From the IMG/VR virus record IMGVR_UViG_3300036398_005010: a stretch of 25,095 bases of DNA; one strand, given 5' to 3'. The number at the start of each line of letters is the position of its first letter. The first letter of the stretch is position 1. The notes beneath the pieces are model-generated. The model ran no database searches and was not told the origin of the DNA. It saw nothing but the letters and a program-made list of their open reading frames with translations. A program made the position numbers and the translations under genes. Positions 15,808 through 23,691 of this stretch are shown piece by piece. The DNA comes from an uncultured virus (IMG/VR IMGVR_UViG_3300036398_005010). Its lineage: Duplodnaviria > Heunggongvirae > Uroviricota > Caudoviricetes.

Positions 15808-17184
15808 ATGCCCGCCCCGATCCGAGCAGCTACCCCTGGGTCGATCGTGCCCTACAGGCCAAGCGGCGCCCTGGCGCGCGGGGCCAATCCGGGCGCGATT
15901 GTTCGTGGCGCCGGCGGAGTGGTCACCCCTTGGGTGCAGCGAATCACAACTGGCGCCGCCGCTGCCGCTGCTGGAATCCCAGCTGCCGCAGCGGCTCTAC
16001 CCGCCGCTGTCGGAGCGGCGACCCTGCCGTGGGTGGTAAGAAACTGGCGAGGCGGCCCCGGGGCCGAGAGTATGGCCGAACGCCGCGGTCTCAGCACCCC
16101 CACCCGGAGGCCAATCGGAGGCCTGCCGGCCAGCGCCCGGGTGCCATCCCAATACCCGGCGGGGGTGCCGACTGGTGTTGGTGGCGGCAACGCAGGAGCC
16201 AGCCGAGTGCCAGCCGCTGCATCTGGGTCATCGGCGCCTCGGTCCGCACCGGCACCCCAGCCCCGGTCGGATGGCTGGGCGCCTGCAGCTCAGCAGAACC
16301 CCCGCCTGCCGGCTGGTCGCAATGTGGCCATCGTGAATCCCCGCAGCCAGGCCCAGAACCGGGCCCTGGATCAAGCCGCCCAGAATGCAGGGCTGCCGGC
16401 CTGGAACTGGAAGGCCACCGAGAACGAAGCCGTCTTCAGGGCCGCTCAGTCGGCTGGAGAGGCTGCAGAGGCTGCCCGGCGAGCCCAGGGCGGCCGTGGC
16501 TACCTGAGCGCTGCGCCTGCCCTGGGCATGGGCATGGAGGCGGGTTCGCGCGGTGACTACGAAACCCCTGACCCCTCGCTGTCATTCAGCACGGACGGCG
16601 CCGGCGGCGTGACACCGCTGCAGGTTCAATCGACATCGCCCGGTGGGCTCCCTGCCGTTCTGGATCAGAGCAAGGCGGAGTATTGGCAGAGAGCCGATAT
16701 GCAGACCTGGGCGAACGCGAGCGAGGGCAACAGAAAGCTCGCCGAGCGCGCCATGGCCCGGGCCGGCTACAAGCCTCAGGCCGGGGCCCCGTCTGGGGAG
16801 GCTGGGGGTATTGGCCCGGTCGCCGATGGCCAAGCCTATGGACGGCAGCTGCAGGACCTTCAGGGGACTCGGGGGATTGGCCCCGTAGCCAATGGCGACA
16901 CCTACGCGCAGATGCTGAACATGCCTCAACAGCAAGCACCGATCACTCCCACTCAAGGCATCGGTCCCATCGCTGACGGAGACGCCTATGGAGCCCAGCT
17001 GGAGGCCATGCAGGGCACAACCGGAATGGGACCTCTTGCTGATCCGCAGACCTATGGAGCGATGCTGACCGGTGCCGACGAGCAGCGCCGGCGTGCTGCG
17101 GCCCTGTCGAACAGCTACGTCCGGGCGATCCAGTCGAGGGGCTATCAAGAAGCGATCCAGCAGCACGGCATGGGGCTGGGCTGA
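15808..17184 (+). CDS. Ala/Gly/Pro/Gln-rich protein with four C-terminal repeats; possible internal virion (ejection) protein
   Basis: GGAG RBS; 458-codon ORF coupled to both neighbours; low-complexity composition with repeats. Confidence 0.65.
   Translation: MPAPIRAATPGSIVPYRPSGALARGANPGAIVRGAGGVVTPWVQRITTGAAAAAAGIPAAAAALPAAVGAATLPWVVRNWRGGPGAESMAERRGLSTPTRRPIGGLPASARVPSQYPAGVPTGVGGGNAGASRVPAAASGSSAPRSAPAPQPRSDGWAPAAQQNPRLPAGRNVAIVNPRSQAQNRALDQAAQNAGLPAWNWKATENEAVFRAAQSAGEAAEAARRAQGGRGYLSAAPALGMGMEAGSRGDYETPDPSLSFSTDGAGGVTPLQVQSTSPGGLPAVLDQSKAEYWQRADMQTWANASEGNRKLAERAMARAGYKPQAGAPSGEAGGIGPVADGQAYGRQLQDLQGTRGIGPVANGDTYAQMLNMPQQQAPITPTQGIGPIADGDAYGAQLEAMQGTTGMGPLADPQTYGAMLTGADEQRRRAAALSNSYVRAIQSRGYQEAIQQHGMGLG
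16804..17067 (+). repeat. Four degenerate coding repeats G(I/M)GP(V/I/L)A(D/N)xxxY(G/A)xxL
   Basis: GIGPVADGQAYGRQL, GIGPVANGDTYAQML, GIGPIADGDAYGAQL, GMGPLADPQTYGAML. Confidence 0.9.
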
Positions 17185-17678
17185 TGAAGATGCCGCCCCG
17201 GAGTGGAACCGGATCCTCCTCGATCGCGAAGCTCTTTGGGCACCACTTGGGCACCAGGGAGACGCCTGATGGCCAGCGAAACAACCCGCAGAACGCCATG
17301 GGCATGGAGCAGCAGCAGCTGCTCTCCAGCAATCCCTACGGCGACGGTCGGATCGCCAGGCCGGTCACCGGACTGCAGATCACCCCGGCGGCCCAGCAGC
17401 AGATCGTGATGCGCCCTTCTGGCAGCCTGCCCGGTGGCGACAACCCGGTGATCCCGGGTCACCCGCAACAGATCGCCCCGACCAAGGTCCTGCAGAAGCT
17501 GGACAACCCCCTGCTGACCACCACGGCACCCATGGGCGAGTCGATGCGGCGGCCGATGGGCGATCCCGAGGTGGCGATCAAGCGCGGCATCCCCGGGCAA
17601 CTGGCCATGGGGCCAATGCCCAGGCAGTCGGGCTTCGACACGCGCAGGCCGGGGGCCATGCGACCGATCGGCGGCTGA
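17184..17678 (+). CDS. Hypothetical Pro/Gly/Gln/Met-rich protein
   Basis: TGATG overlap with the previous stop; coding-like GC3 bias. Confidence 0.7.
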   Translation: MKMPPRSGTGSSSIAKLFGHHLGTRETPDGQRNNPQNAMGMEQQQLLSSNPYGDGRIARPVTGLQITPAAQQQIVMRPSGSLPGGDNPVIPGHPQQIAPTKVLQKLDNPLLTTTAPMGESMRRPMGDPEVAIKRGIPGQLAMGPMPRQSGFDTRRPGAMRPIGG

Positions 17679-17722
17679 GTCAGTCTCCGTAGAATGGCTC
17701 TCAGGCCGATTGCCACAGCAAC

Positions 17723-18244
17723 ATGAGCAGCAGCAGCACCAACAAGCAGCCACTGCTGGTCGATCGGCCGCTGCACACCTTCGCCATCCTGGGCGCTTCG
17801 CCCTGTCTCACGGATCCGGCGAACTTCTCCAGCCTGGTGGCCGGCGGTCTGTCGCCACTGGTCGACTGCTCGGGCAATGACGGGGGTGTCGTCGACAGCT
17901 TGTCGATCATCGCCAACCAGGCGGGCACCACGGCCGTGTCGGTGCTGTTCTACGTGAGCAGCTCGCCGACAGTGTTCGGCATCACCGAGGCCAATGCCGC
18001 CCTGGTCGCCAGTGCTGTGGTGGGGTCGACTGCCGCCGGCGAGCGCACCAACGTGCCCCTGCCGCCCCTGTCGATTCCGGTGCCCAACCTGGGCGGCCAG
18101 AGCAGTGTCACCGAGGTGAGCAAGAAGAACACCGGCCTCTACGTGCCGGCCGGCGTCGTGCTCTACGTGGGCATCAGTGCCGCCGTCCTGGCGCCGACAC
18201 CGCTGACCAAGATCAACGTCTTCGCGCAGGGCGGCTTGTTCTGA
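17723..18244 (+). CDS. Putative virion structural protein (beta-sandwich-like)
   Basis: Preceded by CGTAGAAT (17688-17695); Ser/Thr/Gly/Val-rich; TGATG coupling to the next gene. Confidence 0.65.
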   Translation: MSSSSTNKQPLLVDRPLHTFAILGASPCLTDPANFSSLVAGGLSPLVDCSGNDGGVVDSLSIIANQAGTTAVSVLFYVSSSPTVFGITEANAALVASAVVGSTAAGERTNVPLPPLSIPVPNLGGQSSVTEVSKKNTGLYVPAGVVLYVGISAAVLAPTPLTKINVFAQGGLF

Positions 18245-19926
18245 TGGCCGGGCGAGTCGGGTCTCGGCTGGACCGGGGCCTGGGTCTCGCCTCGGTTGAA
18301 CGCCCCCTGAAGACCGGCAAGGCAGGCCTGTATGGCGGCCGCGGCGGACGTGGCGCCAGCACCGGCGGCGCCAACTACCCCTCGGTGCTCGAGGCCTACA
18401 ACCGCGACAGCGACTACAAGCGCTGGCTGGCCGGCAAGCGCCTGTTCCAGGGCAGCGGCAGCAGCTGGAGTGATGTGGAGCTGTCGTACCTGGTGTACAC
18501 GTTCCGGGACTTCGGCAACCAGGCCAACGGTCAGCGCAACGTCTTCACGCTGTTCCCCAGTCAGAGATCACCGGAGGGCTCCTGGACGGTGGTGAACCGG
18601 CACAGGGGAGCGGTGATCCTGCCCAGGGCGATCGAGCCCCAGCAGGTGACCCTCGATCAGACCCTGAGCCCGGATCGCCACCGGCTGATCCTGGATGTTT
18701 CCTCGCGGCTGAGTGCTTCCCAGCTGGCCGAATGGGAGGCCCTGATCGGCGACCAGTTTGAAGACTCGGCGATCGAGACAGCCAACGGCGTGCGGTTGCT
18801 GGACAGCGCGGACGGGGTGGTGGCGTTGACGCTGGTCGGGGTCGACCTGCAGGGCATGAAGCTGGTCTTTGACCTGAGCCGGCCGTTCATGCGGGTGCGG
18901 GTCAACCCGTACTACGACTACGGCTACTGGAAGCCGGTGCGCTACAACCCGGGTGCACCGGTGCGTTGGCGCGCCGATGGCAGCCGGCTGCTGTGCAGCT
19001 CTCATCGGCTGTACTGCAGCTGCCCGGACTTCTCTGGGACTAGGACTGCGAACATCCTGGGCGGGGCCAGCGGCAGCCAGGAGTTGTTCCCCAGGCCGGG
19101 TGCGGGGCGCACGACGAGCGGCCGGGGCGAGGAATCCCTGCTGGGTTACCGGGCGCGGTGGCGGGACCTGCCCCAGCGGGCGGACCAGCGGCGGGAGTGC
19201 AAGCACATCCACGCGGTGCGCTGGAGTCTGGGCTACCCGTTCTTTGAGCCCAGCGACTACCCGGTGGGTGATGAACAGCGGCAGTTCTTCGGGGATGCGA
19301 GTCCAACGCTTGGAGAAGAGGCGCTGTTCCGCTACCAGGCCCGCCGGCAGATCCAGCTGGACCAGACGGTGATCCCCCTGGCTGACTCCAACGGGCTGGT
19401 GGTCGACACGCGCAACATCATTCCGGCGGATGAAGCGGTCCCGCCGCGGCCGGACCGGCAATCGATCCTGTGGACCAGTCTGCGGGAGCCGCCGGCAGGG
19501 CGAGCCCGGATCGATGACTGGTGGTACAAGCGCGGCACCAACGAACTGCTGGTGTTCGACCCATCGGTGCAGCGCTTCGTGGATGCCAGCCGCCGGACGC
19601 AGGAGCGGCCGCCGGTGGTAGAGCTTTGGCCGGACGGCAAGCCGGCGCCCTCGAAGGCCCTGGTGTTTGCCACTGCCGTCACCGTGCAGGCCTCCGCCCC
19701 GGCGGCCCGGGCAGCAGTCGGTGCTGCGGCGCTCGCCAGCCCTGCGCTGGTCACTGCTACGGCGCCAGCACCAGCGGTTGCAACCGGAGCGGCGGTGATC
19801 GCCGTGCCCCCGGCTGTCACCGCCAGCGTGCCAGCACCAGGAGTTGCGACTGGCGGAGTCGCTCAGCCCCCCGCGGTAGCGGCCAGCGCCAGTGCACCGG
19901 CACCGGACGTGACGGAGACTGCCTGA
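18244..19926 (+). CDS. SWIM-type zinc-finger protein with a C-terminal Ala/Pro/Val/Thr repeat tail
   Basis: LYCSCPDF...ECKHIHAV (CxC...CxH). The C-terminus has repeats of the type AVTASVPAPGVATG. Confidence 0.7.
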   Translation: MAGRVGSRLDRGLGLASVERPLKTGKAGLYGGRGGRGASTGGANYPSVLEAYNRDSDYKRWLAGKRLFQGSGSSWSDVELSYLVYTFRDFGNQANGQRNVFTLFPSQRSPEGSWTVVNRHRGAVILPRAIEPQQVTLDQTLSPDRHRLILDVSSRLSASQLAEWEALIGDQFEDSAIETANGVRLLDSADGVVALTLVGVDLQGMKLVFDLSRPFMRVRVNPYYDYGYWKPVRYNPGAPVRWRADGSRLLCSSHRLYCSCPDFSGTRTANILGGASGSQELFPRPGAGRTTSGRGEESLLGYRARWRDLPQRADQRRECKHIHAVRWSLGYPFFEPSDYPVGDEQRQFFGDASPTLGEEALFRYQARRQIQLDQTVIPLADSNGLVVDTRNIIPADEAVPPRPDRQSILWTSLREPPAGRARIDDWWYKRGTNELLVFDPSVQRFVDASRRTQERPPVVELWPDGKPAPSKALVFATAVTVQASAPAARAAVGAAALASPALVTATAPAPAVATGAAVIAVPPAVTASVPAPGVATGGVAQPPAVAASASAPAPDVTETA

Positions 19927-19969
19927 TCTGGCAGGTGCCTAGAGTGCCAGGGCATTCAGTGCTGGCGCG

Positions 19970-20428
19970 ATGACGGGCACCCCGGTCTCCTATCCGTACA
20001 ACAACACGATCGGGGATTTCCTGAAAGGGTTGAACACGGAGGCCAACACTTACATCGTCAATCTGTATGCAGGTGCGGCATTTGTCTTCAGTGGGGCGCA
20101 TGCCACCAAAGCGGCCGTTGACGCGGCAAACACGCAGCTGGCCACCGGTAATGGCTACACGCAGAACACCAAGGCACTGACCAGTGTCTCGGTCGTGGTC
20201 TCCGGCAATGACGCGGCTTTCACGGCGGACAACCCGGAATGGGAAGCCAGTGGCGGCGCCATCGGTCCGGCGCGCGGGGCCGTCGTCTTCAATACCAGCC
20301 GCTCGGGCAGCCCGCCGGTGGTGGCCGTCGACTTCGACGGACAGAAGACCGCCGACGATGGCGCCCCGTTGCGGATCATCTGGGCCGCCGGGAAGATCAT
20401 CGACGTGCAGGTCGCCGATCCGGCCTGA
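19970..20428 (+). CDS. Small virion structural protein
   Basis: Pattern GNGYTQ..KAL...FTADNPEW...ARGAVVFN...VDFDG...G..L.I.W..G.I, typical of phage structural modules. A CCTAGAGT box lies at 19938-19945. Confidence 0.7.
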   Translation: MTGTPVSYPYNNTIGDFLKGLNTEANTYIVNLYAGAAFVFSGAHATKAAVDAANTQLATGNGYTQNTKALTSVSVVVSGNDAAFTADNPEWEASGGAIGPARGAVVFNTSRSGSPPVVAVDFDGQKTADDGAPLRIIWAAGKIIDVQVADPA

Positions 20429-20629
20429 TCATCGGCGAGTCCTGGAGCGCTCCACCAGGTTCGCCGGCGGGGCCGCCTTGCAGAGGCTGCCCAGGACGAC
20501 CTCTTCGGTGGTGGTCCAGCGCAATGCGCAGGCCAGGCAGACATGACGCCGGCGAACACTGCCATCGACGCGATGGCGGGTGCAGGTGACGGCGGCGTTG
20601 TCGCCGAGGTGGCACTTGGGGCAGCGCAT
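20429..20629 (-). CDS. NrdR N-terminal-like zinc-ribbon protein (66 aa, no ATP-cone)
   Basis: MRCPKC...V..TR...VRRRHVCLACALRWTTTE matches the NrdR zinc ribbon. Start corrected to ATG 20629. Confidence 0.8.
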   Translation of the reverse strand: MRCPKCHLGDNAAVTCTRHRVDGSVRRRHVCLACALRWTTTEEVVLGSLCKAAPPANLVERSRTRR

Positions 20630-20706
20630 CGATTGCCAGTGGCAGATGTGGCACTCATTCTGCCAGCCGTGGCTGTAGCCTGAGCCCACTGCCGCTGCCG
20701 CCCTGC

Positions 20707-21018
20707 ATGGACGTCGTTCAACTGGAGCTGGACCTGGGTCTCGACGAGCCCATTGGCGTGCCCGCCGCCCCGGAGATTCCGCACCCTTGCACGCCCGAGG
20801 GAATCGACGCGGACCGCAACCGGGTCGCCCTGCTGGACGCCCTCTATGCGGAGGACGGCCGGGGCTCGGCCGACCATCCGCTGCACGGCACCTACACCGG
20901 CCTGTACGAGACCTTCTGCACCAAGGTCGGCCGGATCATCGTCGATCTGATCGTCGTCGACCCCGAGATCGAGATCGGCGTGAGTGGCGGTGACCTGTTC
21001 CCCTCGCTACAGCCGTGA
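20707..21018 (+). CDS. Hypothetical protein with a cyanophage-type LY..DGR....HP.HGTYTGL motif
   Basis: Motif recalled from picocyanobacterial and cyanophage small proteins; GTGA coupling to the next gene. Confidence 0.75.
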   Translation: MDVVQLELDLGLDEPIGVPAAPEIPHPCTPEGIDADRNRVALLDALYAEDGRGSADHPLHGTYTGLYETFCTKVGRIIVDLIVVDPEIEIGVSGGDLFPSLQP

Positions 21019-21239
21019 GCGAGCCGCTGCGCTACCAGGAAGCGGCTGCTATGGCCCAGGCCCGGGCCCTGCTGGTGCGACTGAGCGACTTCCGCCAGAC
21101 GGCGCGCATTCCGGGTCCTATCCGCGCCGAGGCCCAGGCCCTGCTGCGCTGGATGCCGACGGCTGAGCGGCTGCGGAGTGTAACGCCATCACCCCTGGAG
21201 CGCCAGAACCGCGAAGAATCGCAACCTCAGCAAGGGTAA
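21015..21239 (+). CDS. Small BPSL0761-like hypothetical protein
   Basis: ARALLVRLSDFRQTARIPGPIRAEAQALLRWMP resembles the L..L....TPRVP..IR..A..LLRHYP pattern. Confidence 0.6.
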   Translation: MSEPLRYQEAAAMAQARALLVRLSDFRQTARIPGPIRAEAQALLRWMPTAERLRSVTPSPLERQNREESQPQQG

Positions 21240-21456
21240 GAGAAAGGGTAAGCCCCAGAATCAGCCCGAAAAACCCAAGCCACAGCAAGGGTTTTGGCGA
21301 TTGAAAAGGCCCTTGGTAAGGGAGAGGTCACGAGTTCAAGTCTCGTCAAGGGCTTCCTCAAAATCCAGCCAGGGACTACCTTTTGCCTCCGGTCACCTGG
21401 AGGCAGATGGAGGCATCTCGCGGCATTAGGGGTCAAAAAAGGGTAAATTTACCCTT
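21232..21456. repeat. Putative integrase arm-type/accessory sites flanking the att core
   Basis: AAGGGTAAG twice with a 12-bp period (21232, 21244); AAAACCC-N12-GGGTTTT (21270-21295); GGGTCA/GGGTAA 12 bp apart (21429, 21441); perfect 18-bp palindrome AAGGGTAAATTTACCCTT (21439-21456). Confidence 0.7.
21310..21354 (+). other. attP core: 3' half of tRNA-Thr(GGT), not a complete tRNA
   Basis: CCC-TTGGTAA-GGGAG (anticodon arm), AGGTC, ACGAG-TTCAAGT-CTCGT (T arm), CAAGGGC-T (acceptor 3' strand). No D arm or 5' half upstream. Adjacent to the integrase. Confidence 0.9.
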
Positions 21457-22594
21457 GGCGGAGGGCCAGGAGGTCATCGATCTGACCGTCGGAGCCCTGG
21501 CCGCCCGCTGCTCGGGAACCTTCGGGCGGGGGTTCCGGCTGCGGTCGGTGGGCCGGCGGCTGTACGTCCAGCTCAGCGGCCGCCGCGTGCCGCTGTACCT
21601 GGATTTCGACGCCGGTCCGGTGGACGTCCAGGAGCGGGCGCTGGCGCTGCTGCGCTTCCGCCACGACCACAAGGACCGGTTCGACTCGGACGCCTGGCAC
21701 GAGGCCTGTTTCGGGGAGGGGGTAAGAACGGGTAAAAGGTCGGGCCGCAAGGGCAAGAGCGAAAAGCACCGGCTGAACGTGAATGAGGTGGCGGCGATCT
21801 GGCAACGGTTCAAGCGGGCCCAGGGAGTGTCGGACGCCACGATCGAGCGGCACTACTTCAGCCACCTGCGCCGACTGGACCCGGAGCAGCCGCTGAGCGA
21901 CAGCTCACTGCTGCAGGCCATCGAGCAGACGAGTCCCAGGAGTCCCAGCAGAAGACGCGCTGTGGCTTTTCTGCGGCAGCTGTGTGAGCTGTGCGGACAA
22001 CCCTGGAACAGCGCCCTGCTGGATCCCCTGCAGAACGCCGGCATGGCGGTGGAGCACAGGCCCCAGGCGTTCTTCTCGGACGATGAGATCAAGAAGATCA
22101 CCAGCGGCGGCCTGAGTGCCCCCTGGCAGCGGATCGTGGTGCTGCTGGCGGTCTATGGCCTGCGACCCTGGGAGGCCTGGGTGGCTGAGCCCTCAAAGGA
22201 TCGCCCGGACTGCATTTGGATTCCGGCCGGGAAGACCAACCGCCATGGCACCACGCCGCCGCGTCAGGTGCCGCCGTTTCACCCGGAATGGGTGGAGGAG
22301 TTCCGGCTGCCCCAGCTCTGGGCCAAGCCGCTGCCATCCCTGAGCAGCAAGTCCCAGGCCGGCGCCCGGGTGAACCAGCACCTGCGCCGCCATGGCCTGA
22401 TCGGCGGGGAGGGGCAGACGTCCTACGGGTTCCGGCATGCCTACGCCCGGCGACTGCATTCGCCCCGCTACCGGGTGACCGATGCCCACGCCTCACTGTT
22501 CATGGGACACACCGTGGCGGCCCACCACAAGGCTTACCGCAGTTGGCTGGGAGGAGAGGATCCTATTGGGATCTACCTCGGCAGCCCTGGCTAA
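21407..22594 (+). CDS. int: Tyrosine recombinase (phage integrase); start uncertain (21383 TTG, 21407 ATG or later)
   Basis: Catalytic set YGLRPWE (R), GKT (K), FRHAYARR (HxxR), MGHT (H) and HHKAY (Y). Next to the tRNA fragment. Confidence 0.92.
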   Translation: MEASRGIRGQKRVNLPLAEGQEVIDLTVGALAARCSGTFGRGFRLRSVGRRLYVQLSGRRVPLYLDFDAGPVDVQERALALLRFRHDHKDRFDSDAWHEACFGEGVRTGKRSGRKGKSEKHRLNVNEVAAIWQRFKRAQGVSDATIERHYFSHLRRLDPEQPLSDSSLLQAIEQTSPRSPSRRRAVAFLRQLCELCGQPWNSALLDPLQNAGMAVEHRPQAFFSDDEIKKITSGGLSAPWQRIVVLLAVYGLRPWEAWVAEPSKDRPDCIWIPAGKTNRHGTTPPRQVPPFHPEWVEEFRLPQLWAKPLPSLSSKSQAGARVNQHLRRHGLIGGEGQTSYGFRHAYARRLHSPRYRVTDAHASLFMGHTVAAHHKAYRSWLGGEDPIGIYLGSPG

Positions 22595-22632
22595 CATGGC
22601 AGCTGACAGCTCTGTCACGGAGAGGCCGTCGG

Positions 22633-22908
22633 ATGGCGACCAGGAAAATCAACGGGAACACCTACTCGGAGTTCGCGGTCGTTGCCGGTGAGCCGCTGCC
22701 CGTGCGCACCCAGGGCGACCCGGACAATCCGGTTCCGACAATCGAGGGTCTCTCGATCCCTGAGCATGACTACATCAGTCTGAGCTACACCGGCGAAAAT
22801 CTGACCGGTGTGGTTTACAAGTCCGGCGGCAGCAGTGGCGAGACGGTGGCCACACTGACGTTGACCTACGACGGCAACAGCAACCTGACTTCCGTCACCA
22901 AGAGCTGA
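22633..22908 (+). CDS. Small virion/fibre-associated protein (91 aa; true start ATG 22633)
   Basis: MATRKING...GLSIPEHDYISLSYTGENLTGVVYKSGGSSGETVATLTLTYDGNSNLTSVTKS. The track's longer ORF overlaps int and its N-terminal part is spurious. Confidence 0.8.
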   Translation: MATRKINGNTYSEFAVVAGEPLPVRTQGDPDNPVPTIEGLSIPEHDYISLSYTGENLTGVVYKSGGSSGETVATLTLTYDGNSNLTSVTKS

Positions 22909-22911
22909 GCC

Positions 22912-23691
22912 ATGCAATTCAAGTTCAACCCCTTCACCGGGACTTTGGATGCAGCTGGCGGCGATGCAACCACTTCGCTGTTGAACCTGCTGGGGACAGT
23001 TGCCAATCAGGCGGCGCTGCCGAGCAGCGGCAACACCATCGGCGACGTTTGGCAGGCGGAGGATACCGGCGAGTTCTTCGTCTGGGACGGGACCGAGTGG
23101 GATGGGCTTGGAGATCTTGCTGGCCCTCAAGGCCCCCAGGGCCCTGCTGGGCCCCAGGGGCCGCAAGGGCCTGCAGGCCCAGCCGGGACGACTGGGGCGA
23201 CCGGGCCGGCTGGCCCTCAAGGACCCCAGGGCCCTGCTGGCGCCGACGCCACCTACAGCGACACAGCTCCCCAACCACTGGCCCAAGCGGCGAGCGCTGG
23301 AACTGACAACGCTGCTGCCCGCGCCAACCACCGCCATCAACGCGACACGGATCTGCTGGTGGTCAACCTGAGCGGCAGCCAGAGCGATCCGACTGCAGCG
23401 AACGGGATTGAAACTTTCACGTTCCAGTGGCCTGCGCAGATCCTGGCGTCGGCGCTCAGTGCGGAGACTGCAGCATCAGGATCGGCGTTTCAGGTCAACG
23501 CCCGACTGAACGCCAGCTCGATCTACAGCGTCCGCCCACAGATTGCGGTGGGGAGCACTACGGGCAGCAGCGGCACGCTGGCGATCACGACAGCAGCAGC
23601 TGGCGACGTTCTGCGATTCGACATCTCGCAGGCCGGGGGCGGGTGCCGACTGGCCAAGCTGTACCTCACCGTGCGGAGGAACGACGCATGA
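22912..23691 (+). CDS. Collagen-like fibre protein
   Basis: N-terminal FKFNPFTGTLD and LP.SGNTIGD.W...FVWDGTEW, then 14 Gly-X-Y triplets and a C-terminal beta domain. Confidence 0.85.
   Translation: MQFKFNPFTGTLDAAGGDATTSLLNLLGTVANQAALPSSGNTIGDVWQAEDTGEFFVWDGTEWDGLGDLAGPQGPQGPAGPQGPQGPAGPAGTTGATGPAGPQGPQGPAGADATYSDTAPQPLAQAASAGTDNAAARANHRHQRDTDLLVVNLSGSQSDPTAANGIETFTFQWPAQILASALSAETAASGSAFQVNARLNASSIYSVRPQIAVGSTTGSSGTLAITTAAAGDVLRFDISQAGGGCRLAKLYLTVRRNDA
23122..23247 (+). repeat. Collagen Gly-X-Y repeat (14 triplets)
   Basis: GPQGPQGPAGPQGPQGPAGPAGTTGATGPAGPQGPQGPAGAD, including a near-identical ~30-bp DNA direct repeat. Confidence 0.95.

Noticed and set aside
16804..17067. CRISPR-like or DNA-level repeat array
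   Set aside because: The repeats are conserved only as amino acids and have irregular spacing. No CRISPR array or cas gene is seen anywhere in the window.
21280..21360. Complete tRNA-Thr gene
   Set aside because: No D arm or proper 5' acceptor strand. The GCCCTTG at 21309 that could pair with CAAGGGC is part of the anticodon arm, so this is an att fragment.
22216..22632. N-terminal extensions given by the ORF track (also 23427-23687, 8113-8223, 12829-12894)
   Set aside because: They overlap genuine genes or the promoter gap; coupled downstream starts fit better.
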